Source of the DNA: Escherichia phage vB_EcoM_ESCO10
Reading direction: 5' to 3' (one strand)
Length of the DNA: 64,000 nucleotides
Sequence record: OM386655.1
Position 1 is the stretch's first letter. Every line of letters begins with the position of its first letter. The notes beneath the pieces were generated by a model, which was given only the letters and a program-made list of their open reading frames with translations, was not told where the DNA came from and searched no databases. A program made the position numbers and the translations under genes. Positions 29,569 through 39,463 of this stretch are shown one piece after another.

Positions 29569-29832
29569 TCATTTGAAATATTCTCGCAACTCATTAAAAC
29601 CGCCAATATGATTTCCATCAGGCGCAAATACTTGAGGCATAGTCAACCCTACCCGGGACTCACGTCCAAGAGCAGCCAAGAGTTCAGAAATCTTCTCTTC
29701 GTCAAATACACCTTTTTCAGGCATCACGTTAATGAATTCGTAAGGTTGTTTTTTAACGTCAAGCAGACGTTTGGCATTATCACAGAAAACACAACGATGA
29801 ATATTTGAATCATAACCATATACTTTAAACAT
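29569..29832 (-). CDS. nrdC: thioredoxin/glutaredoxin NrdC
   Basis: 87 aa; MFKVYGYDSNIH.CV.CDNAKRLL matches T4 NrdC. Confidence 0.85.
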   Translation of the reverse strand: MFKVYGYDSNIHRCVFCDNAKRLLDVKKQPYEFINVMPEKGVFDEEKISELLAALGRESRVGLTMPQVFAPDGNHIGGFNELREYFK

Positions 29833-29833
29833 A

Positions 29834-30076
29834 TTATTCCTTAATTCCTAATACTTGTTTGAAGGTCTCAGTGTAATCAGAGTATTGACCAGTTTGTTCT
29901 TTATGTTTGTCCATAATATCATAAACTTCTGAACGCATATTATTATACGAACGGGTTAAAGCGGATTTCAATACTGAATAACTATCCGGAAATTTACCGT
30001 GTTCTTTATAATAGGCCAGAGTTAATTCACGGACCGCCTTATCAGCAGTCTCAAGATATTCTTTACGCTTTGCCAT
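29834..30076 (-). CDS. hypothetical protein (80 aa)
   Basis: ORF. Confidence 0.45.
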   Translation of the reverse strand: MAKRKEYLETADKAVRELTLAYYKEHGKFPDSYSVLKSALTRSYNNMRSEVYDIMDKHKEQTGQYSDYTETFKQVLGIKE

Positions 30077-30242
30077 TTTCTTCTCGCTTGCTAATTACAA
30101 GTGATTTACCGTCAAGGGCTTCCCGAATTTCCGACACTAAATTATCCGGCATAGGTTGGACTTCACAAATCCGTTTTGCGAAATCATTGATATCGAAAGC
30201 ACACTTTTCTTTAAGCTTTTTTAATTCGTCCAAATTAATCAT
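30063..30242 (-). CDS. hypothetical small protein (~59 aa from internal ATG)
   Basis: track ORF 30063..30374 overlaps the next gene; internal Met gives an ATGA-coupled start. Confidence 0.35.
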   Translation of the reverse strand: MINLDELKKLKEKCAFDINDFAKRICEVQPMPDNLVSEIREALDGKSLVISKREENGKA

Positions 30243-30540
30243 TTTCGCTTCTCTCAAATCGGTGTTTACAATGTCTGCATTTATAACGAAGATTACTAGT
30301 CTGCCAATGCACCAGTTGGACTTGTTCGGTTCCACATTCCGGACAGTTAGGAACATTCTTGGAAGCTTGTTCACGGCGATGAACCATAGCCATCACAGCA
30401 TCCCAATTAACAGGACTATAATCATCACAGCCATGAATTTTTCCATTCAATTTAACTTCATCGAGCTCGGCTTCTTTAATAAATTTTAATAAACCTGTAT
30501 TAGAGGCTGCAGCAATATCTTCTCTTAAACGATTTTTCAT
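30235..30540 (-). CDS. zinc-ribbon protein (101 aa)
   Basis: CPECG...CRHCKH four-Cys motif. Confidence 0.45.
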   Translation of the reverse strand: MKNRLREDIAAASNTGLLKFIKEAELDEVKLNGKIHGCDDYSPVNWDAVMAMVHRREQASKNVPNCPECGTEQVQLVHWQTSNLRYKCRHCKHRFERSEND

Positions 30541-31544
30541 TTCAGCAGCTCCAGAGCGTGTTCAAGACGGTCTAAACGATTAGTAGACTCTTCCCAAAGT
30601 TTCTTGGCAGCAGTATATTGTCCAGTCAGTTTTTTGTTAATGGCAAGGGCGTCTTTATACGCTTTTTCCAGAGCAATTACTTCCGGCAACTTGGATTTAG
30701 TAATTGGCGTAGGGGCCATGATAGGGCTATTCAAGTCATTAATCAAGTCTTCTAATGTAGCAGGCTCTTTATCAGTGTTCACAATTTCCTCACATTTTTC
30801 TTGGTAAATTTCGGCATCAGTTTTTGGAACAGCGCATTTGATTTCGCAAACTTTTACTAGGACTTCATATCCTTTCCATCCACGGGAATGGTTGATTTCT
30901 TGAGTCTCATATTTCTCTACCGTATCCATCAGGGCTAAAGCCTGTTCGATGGTATTCAGAGTATCATAAGAAATATCTTGGTACTTTACAACTTCCGCTT
31001 CATCTTTAGGTTTCCGGTTTGGTGACCAGATAATAGAAATAAGCACCCTTCCTTTATAAGCATTTGTTTTAATCATGCAATTCGCCAATGGGTGGATAGT
31101 ACGACCATCACCGGCGACTACGGTTTTAGTGGCTGCTTTGAGAATTAATGCAGAGTTAGCCTTAAATTCAGCGGCCCAACGTTGTGGAAATAGGCCACTA
31201 AGGTCCATACCTTTAATTTTGATATACCCTTTTAAAACATCACCGAACCATTTGTAGTTAACATGAGCCGGACTACGATATTTCTCTTTGCCAAAGTCGG
31301 AAAGGAGGTCCTTATTGACCAAGCGTGAAAGCAAACGAGACCCTTTAAAAGTTTCAATGATATCAGAAATAGACAAACGGCCCGCAATCTTTTCGATTTC
31401 AGATTTAAAACACCGTGACAAATCTTCATCAATTTGGTCAACCCATTTACTGATATTAGAAACTATTACCTCATACGGCGTTAATGGCCGTGTATTGGTA
31501 GTAATATACGTGGTAAAGGCTTTGATATATTCGTTACGGGTCAT
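30537..31544 (-). CDS. hypothetical protein (335 aa from ATG)
   Basis: start MTRNEYIKAF with RBS GAGGAG, directly downstream of an early promoter. Confidence 0.55.
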   Translation of the reverse strand: MTRNEYIKAFTTYITTNTRPLTPYEVIVSNISKWVDQIDEDLSRCFKSEIEKIAGRLSISDIIETFKGSRLLSRLVNKDLLSDFGKEKYRSPAHVNYKWFGDVLKGYIKIKGMDLSGLFPQRWAAEFKANSALILKAATKTVVAGDGRTIHPLANCMIKTNAYKGRVLISIIWSPNRKPKDEAEVVKYQDISYDTLNTIEQALALMDTVEKYETQEINHSRGWKGYEVLVKVCEIKCAVPKTDAEIYQEKCEEIVNTDKEPATLEDLINDLNSPIMAPTPITKSKLPEVIALEKAYKDALAINKKLTGQYTAAKKLWEESTNRLDRLEHALELLK

Positions 31545-31560
31545 GATATTCTCCTCAGTA

Positions 31561-31602
31561 GTTGATAAAAGGATTATACTCCATCCGTCCTTGGATGTAA
31601 AC
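31561..31602 (-). promoter_or_regulatory. T4-type early promoter (GTTTAC ... GAGTATAAT)
   Basis: repeat family variant carrying a canonical TATAAT. Confidence 0.55.
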
Positions 31603-31603
31603 A

Positions 31604-32497
31604 CTATTTTAGAGCTTTTACCGCTGCACGAAGCTTGTCACGCTGGATTTCCATATTCTTGATGCGAATCAATACGTCTTGAATACTCTTTTTCTCATCT
31701 TCGATCTGACCGTTTAAACGGTGGATTGATTCCTGGATGTAGTCCTCATGATACTTCTCGATAGGTTTCATCGTAGGGTTAGTAAATGTCATAGAACTAT
31801 CAGGTGCAATTTTCCACTGATACGGTTTGGAATTGAATGGGCTAGGCACCGCGGTGGTTTTGAATTTGTCATAGGCTGCATACTGGCCTACACTATCACA
31901 TGATACTGCAGAGATACGACGTTCCATTTGTGGTTCCTTTTGTTGGGATTGATAAGGGGCATAAGACAAAAGATATTGTCGAGTTAGTTTAACTCTTATA
32001 TACACGGCATCGGCTCGCCCGGAACAATCAGCATATTCATCGGTTGTAACTTTATATGATTCTACTGCCTTAATACGAGTCATTGCTTCTCTGAATAAGG
32101 TTTCAAATGCTTCACGAAGGGCTTTATTACCTTTTGAGGTAGGACGGAAACGAACTTGGATACCGTCAGCCAGAATATTAATGACTAAGTTACGAGCGGT
32201 AAAATTAATATTCTTGATATTAACAGGAACCGTAACAATGCGCCCTGCTGTAGACAAAAGGTCTTTGATATTAGCTCGTAATGTTGCAGCAAATAAATGA
32301 GCAGGGCTACGGCAGTAATCATTCAAAGAAGAGATATAAGTTCCTTTACGACCTACGCCATAAGTATAACTACCATTACAAATATAGCCAAAGTCAGCTA
32401 GCCGGTCAATAGCGATACGACGAGTCGTGTCATGGTCATATATAGAGTATTCTTTACGTGTTTTAATGTTCATATTAAAGTCCAAATAATTTTTCAT
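31604..32497 (-). CDS. hypothetical protein (297 aa)
   Basis: ORF. Confidence 0.5.
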   Translation of the reverse strand: MKNYLDFNMNIKTRKEYSIYDHDTTRRIAIDRLADFGYICNGSYTYGVGRKGTYISSLNDYCRSPAHLFAATLRANIKDLLSTAGRIVTVPVNIKNINFTARNLVINILADGIQVRFRPTSKGNKALREAFETLFREAMTRIKAVESYKVTTDEYADCSGRADAVYIRVKLTRQYLLSYAPYQSQQKEPQMERRISAVSCDSVGQYAAYDKFKTTAVPSPFNSKPYQWKIAPDSSMTFTNPTMKPIEKYHEDYIQESIHRLNGQIEDEKKSIQDVLIRIKNMEIQRDKLRAAVKALK

Positions 32498-32684
32498 AGA
32501 ATTTAGCGATTGGCCACACTATAGCCATAACAATACCGGTAATCCAGAATATAGGCCAGGCGAGGGTAGTGAACACTGCATCATACTCATCACCTCTTTC
32601 AAAACGACTATCATATTTGTGGAGTAATACGGTAGTAATAAATCCTAAAATGAAGTAAGTAATAATATAAGCAATAATTTCCAT
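32475..32684 (-). CDS. small membrane protein (69 aa)
   Basis: two hydrophobic helices. Confidence 0.45.
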   Translation of the reverse strand: MEIIAYIITYFILGFITTVLLHKYDSRFERGDEYDAVFTTLAWPIFWITGIVMAIVWPIAKFYEKLFGL

Positions 32685-32686
32685 GA

Positions 32687-33532
32687 TTAATCCTTAAGAA
32701 GATTTAGAATATCAAGATATTTTTGTCGTTCAGCCTTGGCTTTATCATTCAGACCGGAAAGTCGGAAAATCTCATCGTCTTGGCGCTGGATTTCAACATT
32801 CAAGCAAGTAATCAAATTAGTAAAATACTCAATCTGGGTCTGGTGTTTCTCATTGCTACGCACTGGTACAGGTTCCGCTTTAGGAGCTTGTTCTGAATGA
32901 TTCTTAACTTCATTGCCTGGCCTAATAAGTTTAATACGCCAACCTGTATTGGTGTGAACATTATCGAAGGTAAGAATACCACTACGTTCAAGTTCGGTCA
33001 ACGCTAATCGGAGATGGAACTTCCAGTTGTCATATTGGCAGCCACTAAAAGTTGAAGTAAGATACTCGTTTTCATTTCCTGGTTGGTTAACAATATTAAA
33101 AATAATCCAATCAGCCGAGCCATTAGTCTTAAATGGCATTTGCTTATCTTGACCTGAAGCCATACGCGCACCTAGTGCTAGTAAACGGCGTTGGTTGGTA
33201 CGAAGGTCTTTAACAACTTCATCAAATGTCATCGCCGGGATTAAACGACCATAGAGGTCATAGCCTTTGTTATAATTTTTAAGAATAATTTTGGCATTAG
33301 CACGAGACAACATACCTGCTCTGTTAAGAGATTTCATGACTCGGTCTTCTAACGTAAATAGGCCTTTAGTCTTGTCAAAGATTTTAGTGAATTCATCTAT
33401 AGCAATAGAAACTTCAAACTTTTCCCACATCATGGCCAAAACCTTTCCAACCACTTCTTTAGTACTTGGAATACTGTTAAATTTAATAGCTTTTTTAACT
33501 TCAGAACGAATTTGATTAATTGCTTGAGACAT
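32687..33532 (-). CDS. hypothetical protein (281 aa from ATG)
   Basis: start MSQAINQI with RBS GAGGAAATTATT. Confidence 0.55.
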   Translation of the reverse strand: MSQAINQIRSEVKKAIKFNSIPSTKEVVGKVLAMMWEKFEVSIAIDEFTKIFDKTKGLFTLEDRVMKSLNRAGMLSRANAKIILKNYNKGYDLYGRLIPAMTFDEVVKDLRTNQRRLLALGARMASGQDKQMPFKTNGSADWIIFNIVNQPGNENEYLTSTFSGCQYDNWKFHLRLALTELERSGILTFDNVHTNTGWRIKLIRPGNEVKNHSEQAPKAEPVPVRSNEKHQTQIEYFTNLITCLNVEIQRQDDEIFRLSGLNDKAKAERQKYLDILNLLKD

Positions 33533-33595
33533 AATAATTTCCTCAGTAAGTAAATAAGAACCTAGAACCATTATACCATCCTTGGTATAAAGCGT

Positions 33596-34120
33596 TTATG
33601 CGAGAACCGTCTTTAAACGCTCTTCAAATTTCTGAAGCAGAGCTTGGCGTTCAGCTCGTTGTGATTTGTACTGCTCGATACGTCCTGAAGTGAGGGCGTA
33701 CTGTTCGTTTACTGATTCCCGCATAAATTCAGGAATTTCTTTACAAGCTTTGATTTCGTCAAACTTGTCAATAACAGCTTGTTGTTCAGCAATCATATTA
33801 TCGAAATAAGCGATATCTGATTTAACGTTTGCCAGGTCAGATTCGGTAGGCATTAAACGTTTGTTACGTTCAGCTTGATAAGCTTGGTTGGTTTCACGAC
33901 TCCAGTGAAGAGTACGTTTTTTGTTAGTATTTTTATAGAGCTCTACAATACCTACTGAATCGATGATAGCAATCCAGTTCCAACGGCTTTTGTAAATCTC
34001 TCCTCCAGATACGGTAATCTCATTTCCACAAGCAACATCGTTAAAGAACTTGCTTTGTTTTTCAGATTTGAAATTACCGTTATTAAAATTAATCAGTGAA
34101 AAAATATCTTTAGCGTTCAT
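33596..34120 (-). CDS. hypothetical protein (174 aa)
   Basis: ORF with RBS GGAGG, downstream of an early promoter. Confidence 0.5.
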   Translation of the reverse strand: MNAKDIFSLINFNNGNFKSEKQSKFFNDVACGNEITVSGGEIYKSRWNWIAIIDSVGIVELYKNTNKKRTLHWSRETNQAYQAERNKRLMPTESDLANVKSDIAYFDNMIAEQQAVIDKFDEIKACKEIPEFMRESVNEQYALTSGRIEQYKSQRAERQALLQKFEERLKTVLA

Positions 34121-34133
34121 GTTAACCTCCAGT

Positions 34134-34174
34134 AGTTGATAGGTCTATAGTATCATTCCTACTGGAGATGTAAA
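34134..34174 (-). promoter_or_regulatory. T4-type early promoter (repeat family)
   Basis: GTTTAC ... ATACTATAGACCTATCAAC. Confidence 0.55.
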
Positions 34175-34177
34175 CAA

Positions 34178-34519
34178 CTAATAGAAACTTTTTTCGCCGG
34201 TTTGTCCGCTAAACCAGGCTGATTGGGTATTAGGTTTCCGTTGTTGCTCAATACGGGTACGATATTCTTTTCTGATGGCACAGAGGTCATCCTGGAAGTC
34301 GCCTGCCAACTTTACCTGCTTACGGTCTAGATTTATTAAGGCCTGAGTCTTAGCGGCCAAGGCCAGTCTCTTGTAGTCTCCTTCTTCACAATCAGTTTTA
34401 TAAACTCTATTAGCGTATCCGTCGATAAATTCTTTATCATAGTCTTTGATAGACTGTTCCATGGCATTAGAGTACTTCAACTCTGCTTTTATAAGGTCAT
34501 AACTAAATTGTTCAAACAT
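34178..34519 (-). CDS. hypothetical protein (113 aa)
   Basis: ORF. Confidence 0.5.
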   Translation of the reverse strand: MFEQFSYDLIKAELKYSNAMEQSIKDYDKEFIDGYANRVYKTDCEEGDYKRLALAAKTQALINLDRKQVKLAGDFQDDLCAIRKEYRTRIEQQRKPNTQSAWFSGQTGEKSFY

Positions 34520-34528
34520 AATTTACCT

Positions 34529-35509
34529 TTATTTTAAAAGTGTAACTTCAGCAATTTCAGCCCAATCATTAGAATCAGTAGCAATGAAATCAGCCAAATA
34601 GAGGGCGGTACGCAATGAAACATTACGCAAACGTGATACATTAGCCTTCATCCATGAGAGTGCCTGGTAAGTCTGAGCGTCAGTCAGACCACGCTTCTGC
34701 ATCATATCTGTAGACAGGATAACGTCTTCAACACGAACCATAATCTCTTCGTTAGAGTGAACACCCAGGTCTAAGTAAACTGAACGTGATACTAAAGCTT
34801 GGAGATGCGGAGAAAGTTTAGTTCCACGTTCCAATTCACGGTCAATATCAACGTTAGTGATGAATACGACGGTGCCTTCATACTCGAATTCTTTATCGAT
34901 ATTTTTATCATCAAGATAAGAACTTGAAGTGCTCCAGCATACCTTACGTTTCTCACCGGTGTCCAATGCCGCTTTCAGAAGGTTCAGGATATCCATGTCA
35001 GAGAATACATCAACATCATCGATAAGAAGAACACTATTAGGGCCGCGGTTATTCCAAAGCTGCTCGTAAAGACCGATTCCACTAATCTTTCCGTTGATTG
35101 ATTTATATTCGATAGTTTCATTTTCGTGGGCATTCTGTAATGCTTTATCCAATGAATATGTTTTACCAATACCTGCGGCACCAGAGATGATAAGGGAACG
35201 AATTTTACCATCGATGATTCCATTAGTCATCATGTTCATTACTTTAAAACGTTTGTTGATGCGGTGTTTCATTTCGTCCTGGGATTCAGTTAAGACGGCA
35301 GGGGTTTCAACACCTTCAGTTTCGATATCAGATTTGAACACCCATACACCACGCTCTACACCATCAATCTGAACAAAGACCTTACCATCGCCGAGGTGGG
35401 CTTCTGATTCATGAATTTTATTAGGGAACCAGGTTTTACCTGAACTCATGAACGTACCAGAGATTTCGTTACCGCGGTAGATGCCTTTGTTGATTTTGAT
35501 AGTTAACAT
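34529..35509 (-). CDS. AAA+/P-loop ATPase (326 aa from ATG)
   Basis: Walker A GAAGIGKT, Walker B VLLIDDVD; ATG with RBS GAAGGA; track start is a GTG extension. Confidence 0.65.
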   Translation of the reverse strand: MLTIKINKGIYRGNEISGTFMSSGKTWFPNKIHESEAHLGDGKVFVQIDGVERGVWVFKSDIETEGVETPAVLTESQDEMKHRINKRFKVMNMMTNGIIDGKIRSLIISGAAGIGKTYSLDKALQNAHENETIEYKSINGKISGIGLYEQLWNNRGPNSVLLIDDVDVFSDMDILNLLKAALDTGEKRKVCWSTSSSYLDDKNIDKEFEYEGTVVFITNVDIDRELERGTKLSPHLQALVSRSVYLDLGVHSNEEIMVRVEDVILSTDMMQKRGLTDAQTYQALSWMKANVSRLRNVSLRTALYLADFIATDSNDWAEIAEVTLLK

Positions 35510-35533
35510 TTTATTATCCTTCACTCATTTGTT

Positions 35534-35573
35534 TTGATAGGTCTATCTTAACACGATTAATCAGGTTGTAAAC
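35534..35573 (-). promoter_or_regulatory. T4-type early promoter (repeat family variant)
   Basis: GTTTAC plus conserved downstream block. Confidence 0.5.
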
Positions 35574-35597
35574 AATTTTTTGCACTAAACCCAAAAA

Positions 35598-35617
35598 AAG
35601 GAACCCGAAGGTTCCTT
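35598..35617 (-). terminator. intrinsic terminator (AAGGAACC-UUCG-GGUUCCUU + U-run)
   Basis: 8-bp perfect hairpin with UUCG loop, just after the stop of 35621..35905. Confidence 0.6.
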
Positions 35618-35620
35618 GTA

Positions 35621-35905
35621 TTATTTCTTACAACCTACATATTTAGGCATATGGCAGAAAACAGAATCGGTAACTACTCGACCTTTGGCCCATGCTTCCT
35701 GTGCTTTACCGTGAGTAGTATTCACATAGCTGGATTTAATATTCTCGATACCTTGAGAATGTGATGCGTGTGCAGAACCATTAGAAGGACCTGCTGACTG
35801 ACTTGAACCTTGACCGCCCGGGCCTGATGTGCCTTCAGTAGCCAGTACACCAAAAGACATAACAGCGGCCAACAGGCCTATAGCCACTTTTAATTTTAAT
35901 TTCAT
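35621..35905 (-). CDS. secreted small protein (94 aa)
   Basis: N-terminal signal peptide MKLKLKVAIGLLAAVMSFGVLA; Gly/Ser-rich mature region. Confidence 0.5.
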   Translation of the reverse strand: MKLKLKVAIGLLAAVMSFGVLATEGTSGPGGQGSSQSAGPSNGSAHASHSQGIENIKSSYVNTTHGKAQEAWAKGRVVTDSVFCHMPKYVGCKK

Positions 35906-36163
35906 ATTTTCACCTTTTATTAACTCAACATTGAGTAAGATTATTGTATACTAAAGTTTTAAAGCATTTAAATAGCGCTCCAATAATTATGGAAGCGGAT
36001 ATCATTGATTGCCCAGTTAACAAACCTGCGAGTTTGCTTGGGAGTTGGTTTACATATGTACTTATTGTTGATTCGTCTGCCGGTTTCCCGACAGACTGCT
36101 TCGAGATACCAGCGCCGACCTTTATTGGGTCTTCCATATGATAAGAAGACCTTCATTTCTTCA

Positions 36164-37174
36164 TTAACGATAATAGGAATTGTGGTTGTCAAGATATACC
36201 TCTTCAACAAACTTGTCCCAGAACTTCATGTCTACCTTATCGGGCATACCGTTCTTAGCCGCCCAGACGGCATTGGTTTCGACTTCATCGACGATTGCTT
36301 CAAGTTCAGCTTGTACATCTTTAAAAGCGTGTAGGCCTTGTTTGATTTCAAGGATAAATGGAGCCGTACGTAAAGGATATTGGAGATCGCCGGTTTGGTA
36401 AATTTCTTTCAACTGGTATCCAGCACGATAAGCATGGCTCAGAGCTTTCCAGTCAATACCTTCATTGGCTTCGGCCTTACGAGCACGCTCACCGTATTCG
36501 GCATCGAGCTTATTCAGAGATTGCTTGAGCTCGATTAATGACAAAGTGGTCTGGTATTTGCGTCCTAAGACAGTATAGAACGTTTGTGGGCCGGTTTTCT
36601 CATGGTTATGGAATACCCATTCACAGAATTCGTTTTCAGGGAGTCGATGCTTAATATCTTCAACTTTAGTACGACGTTGTTTAGTCGAACCATCTTCTTG
36701 GTAGTCAACCCACTGTTCAGGAATCTGGTTAACAATTGACAGTACACCACGTAATGCAGCTAAACGAGAACCCTTAACACCATACTTAGAAGCTTGCTTA
36801 CGGACGTACCCTAAATATGCTTTCATGTTAGTTGTATAGAACCGAGAACGGTTGTCTTGGATAAATTTCCATACATCTGGTAAATCGGATTTGACTACCA
36901 GGTTAGCCGGAGTATGAATCATATCCAGAGCTACAGTTTCACCTTCAGCGGCCAGTTTAAAGAAATATTTAAGGCTGTAAAGCTCGTGGTCAACATCGTC
37001 TTTAGTGTTTTTGGATGCCGTGTTATTCGTGTTCAAGTTGGTATGGTTCATAGCCGTACCCAACAGAATATCACGCGGGTGTGGAACAAAGATTTCCTTA
37101 AAATCGATATCAGATTCCGGAGTACTTGTTCCATAAAGATGGCTACCGAAGTAGCCCTTCATAACTGTTCTCAT
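36164..37174 (-). CDS. Pol-beta-superfamily nucleotidyltransferase-fold protein
   Basis: 336 aa; N-terminal GS...DxD signature (YFGSHLYGTSTPESDIDF); RBS GAGG; substrate unknown. Confidence 0.6.
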   Translation of the reverse strand: MRTVMKGYFGSHLYGTSTPESDIDFKEIFVPHPRDILLGTAMNHTNLNTNNTASKNTKDDVDHELYSLKYFFKLAAEGETVALDMIHTPANLVVKSDLPDVWKFIQDNRSRFYTTNMKAYLGYVRKQASKYGVKGSRLAALRGVLSIVNQIPEQWVDYQEDGSTKQRRTKVEDIKHRLPENEFCEWVFHNHEKTGPQTFYTVLGRKYQTTLSLIELKQSLNKLDAEYGERARKAEANEGIDWKALSHAYRAGYQLKEIYQTGDLQYPLRTAPFILEIKQGLHAFKDVQAELEAIVDEVETNAVWAAKNGMPDKVDMKFWDKFVEEVYLDNHNSYYR

Positions 37175-37623
37175 TTCTTCGCCTCAAAATGGATTACCGG
37201 ACAGACCTTAGATTTACGAGCTTTGATATATTGAATGAAAACGTTTTCTTTAGTTTCTCTGCCTTCACGCTCAGCTTTAATTCGTTCCCATTCCTTTTCT
37301 TCTTTACGTGTATCGTACCAGGACCATAAATTCATCAGACCATACACTAAACCAAATGCTACCGCCAGAATAATAGCCATTGTAGCCAGTCCTAAAATAA
37401 ACCCTAACCCTAAACCAACAGGAATACTTAATACAAAGAACTGGTCTAATACACCAGCACCTGCAACAGTTAAGGCGAAGATTGTACTACCTGCAATCAC
37501 AGAACAAATAAAGCAGGCCCATACAATTTTCCAGAAGTAAGCACATAAAGAGTGTGGTCGAGAATAATGGCTATAAAAACGGTCGTGTAATTTAGTGTGC
37601 CAGGCGTTTTCATTAATAATCAT
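37171..37623 (-). CDS. integral membrane protein (150 aa)
   Basis: several hydrophobic helices; basic C-terminus. Confidence 0.5.
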   Translation of the reverse strand: MIINENAWHTKLHDRFYSHYSRPHSLCAYFWKIVWACFICSVIAGSTIFALTVAGAGVLDQFFVLSIPVGLGLGFILGLATMAIILAVAFGLVYGLMNLWSWYDTRKEEKEWERIKAEREGRETKENVFIQYIKARKSKVCPVIHFEAKK

Positions 37624-37632
37624 TGTAATTCC

Positions 37633-38187
37633 TTAAGAGTTCATAGTTGGGATAATAGTGTTCAGGTATTTTACCAGAACTTTTAATTCGTCTTTAGTGA
37701 ATACTACTTCAGCTTCACCGTCGTGGGTCTGGATGATAGATAACATATCGCGACCTTGATGTTGGTAGACACTGAATTCAGTATTATAATCACCTTCTTC
37801 ATCACCTTCAAAGGTTTCGCTTGAATGCATAATAGCATCACAACCAGGGATTTTCCACTCGAGCTCAGGTACACACTCTTCTTGGAACAGTTTAAAAATT
37901 TTCTCTAAAAATTCTGAACGGTTTTTAATGGATAAACAAGCCCATTCGGTTTCCAGATTAAAGCCATTTTCACCTCGATACAACCAAGCCATATCTTCAT
38001 CGTTAATTTTAAAGACCCGATTATGAGTTCGAATATACTGCTCTGCATCAATAACAGACAAGTCGTACAGGTTCTGAATATCCTGAATGGTCAAAACGAC
38101 TGTATCATCTTCTTGTTTAAGCACGATTGCATTATCAATTACATCGGCAGTCAGGTCACCAAACAACCCAGATTTTTCAATAATCAT
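37633..38187 (-). CDS. hypothetical acidic protein (184 aa)
   Basis: ORF. Confidence 0.5.
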   Translation of the reverse strand: MIIEKSGLFGDLTADVIDNAIVLKQEDDTVVLTIQDIQNLYDLSVIDAEQYIRTHNRVFKINDEDMAWLYRGENGFNLETEWACLSIKNRSEFLEKIFKLFQEECVPELEWKIPGCDAIMHSSETFEGDEEGDYNTEFSVYQHQGRDMLSIIQTHDGEAEVVFTKDELKVLVKYLNTIIPTMNS

Positions 38188-38198
38188 TTTCTATTTCC

Positions 38199-38381
38199 TC
38201 ATTTCACATTTTGTTTAATAAAATTTAGTAATTCTTTAAGGGCCTTATCTTCTTCTTTAGAAAGCCTAGTACAATCATCAACCGAGTATTGGTGACAAAA
38301 TGCGGTTTCGAATCTAGCAACTGTACCTGCATAGGCCTCGATAAGCTCTTCAAGCTTTAAGTGCTTTTCTTTAGTTTTCAT
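38199..38381 (-). CDS. hypothetical small protein (60 aa)
   Basis: ORF. Confidence 0.35.
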   Translation of the reverse strand: MKTKEKHLKLEELIEAYAGTVARFETAFCHQYSVDDCTRLSKEEDKALKELLNFIKQNVK

Positions 38382-38384
38382 AAA

Positions 38385-38669
38385 TCACCGGTTATGTTTT
38401 AAAATACTATAAAGCTCTTCAACTTGGCTCGCATCCAGATAAATGACCTCGTCATCTTGTTCTAGGACAATCCCACCCTTAACAATATTCCACTCTACTA
38501 CTTCAACAGTCATATCATCACCAGAGCCTGCTAATGTTTCAGGTTCTAAAACAATAATACCATCTTCAGAATTACCACTCGGGTCATATAACATTACAGT
38601 TTCCTCGCTAACCATGAAAAGAATAAACCAATTAAAACAGGCCCTACAGCCATTGTTAACCAAGCCCAA
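38385..38669 (-). CDS. hypothetical protein (94 aa)
   Basis: ORF. Confidence 0.4.
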   Translation of the reverse strand: MGLVNNGCRACFNWFILFMVSEETVMLYDPSGNSEDGIIVLEPETLAGSGDDMTVEVVEWNIVKGGIVLEQDDEVIYLDASQVEELYSILKHNR

Positions 38670-38685
38670 GGTTCAAGATAGTAAA

Positions 38686-38943
38686 TCATCTCATGCTCCT
38701 ATGCCAACAGTTACGTGGCTCGCGTTTAAAAATTTCATCATGCATCGCTTGACAACCTACACAGTATATCACACCCTTGATAGCTTGACGTCGTGCTTCA
38801 GGAATCTCTTCATCACAATCAAAACAATATTCAGCGGATTCACGTTCAACCGCTACTTGCTTACGAGCGTGTACTATAGCAGCCTGGACGACGGCTTCCA
38901 TTTCGAGCTGTTCGGCTCCATCCTTCGCAAATCCAACAGCCAT
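38686..38943 (-). CDS. TraR/DksA-type C4 zinc-finger protein
   Basis: 85 aa; CFDCDEEIPEARR...YCVGC motif. Confidence 0.5.
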   Translation of the reverse strand: MAVGFAKDGAEQLEMEAVVQAAIVHARKQVAVERESAEYCFDCDEEIPEARRQAIKGVIYCVGCQAMHDEIFKREPRNCWHRSMR

Positions 38944-39125
38944 TATATTTTTATCTCGTTTAGATAAGCGACCAATTTTTCTTTAGAATTCTTTAAGTCA
39001 CGGTTACATGCCTCTATCCCGGAGTATGAATATCCTTCGCAATGTTCAACAGCCAGTTCATAAGAGGTAATTTCAATATCACGAGCGAGTTTAATAATTT
39101 TTTCAATCTGTTCAGTGGTTAACAT
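38943..39125 (-). CDS. hypothetical small protein (60 aa)
   Basis: ORF. Confidence 0.35.
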   Translation of the reverse strand: MLTTEQIEKIIKLARDIEITSYELAVEHCEGYSYSGIEACNRDLKNSKEKLVAYLNEIKI

Positions 39126-39129
39126 AATA

Positions 39130-39366
39130 TCACCAGTATTTGTTGATGGTAGAAATTAATTCTTGGGCTTGAGTAGTCTTCAGCTTACACCCACATCCAT
39201 TTAATGTATCTTTAAGGAGCCATGGCTCCTTGAGCTCGTCCTTTTCTAGACGAATTCTGTATCCTCGGTAATCAGCAAAGATACTTCGGTCATCAAATAT
39301 CTTAATCTCAAGGAGACGGTTATTGATTTCGTATTCCAACGAAACCATAGTACTTGTAAGTTTCAT
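39130..39366 (-). CDS. hypothetical protein (78 aa)
   Basis: RBS GAGGAG; directly downstream of an early promoter. Confidence 0.45.
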   Translation of the reverse strand: MKLTSTMVSLEYEINNRLLEIKIFDDRSIFADYRGYRIRLEKDELKEPWLLKDTLNGCGCKLKTTQAQELISTINKYW

Positions 39367-39381
39367 AATATTCTCCTCATT

Positions 39382-39422
39382 AGTTGATAGGTCTATAGTA
39401 TCATGTTCCTAGAGGATGTAAA
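39382..39422 (-). promoter_or_regulatory. T4-type early promoter (repeat family)
   Basis: GTTTAC ... ATACTATAGACCTATCAAC. Confidence 0.55.
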
Positions 39423-39434
39423 CACCTAAACGAA

Positions 39435-39460
39435 AAAAGGTCCCACCGAAGTGAGACCTT
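39435..39460 (-). terminator. intrinsic terminator hairpin with UUCG loop
   Basis: AAAGGTCCCAC-CGAA-GTGAGACCTTT (one wobble) after the stop of 39464..39850. Confidence 0.5.
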
Positions 39461-39463
39461 TGA

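Noticed and set aside
38443-38967. 174-aa plus-strand ORF
   Set aside because: Antisense to three compact minus-strand genes with proper spacing and coupling; low-complexity Ser/Thr-rich translation typical of a shadow frame.
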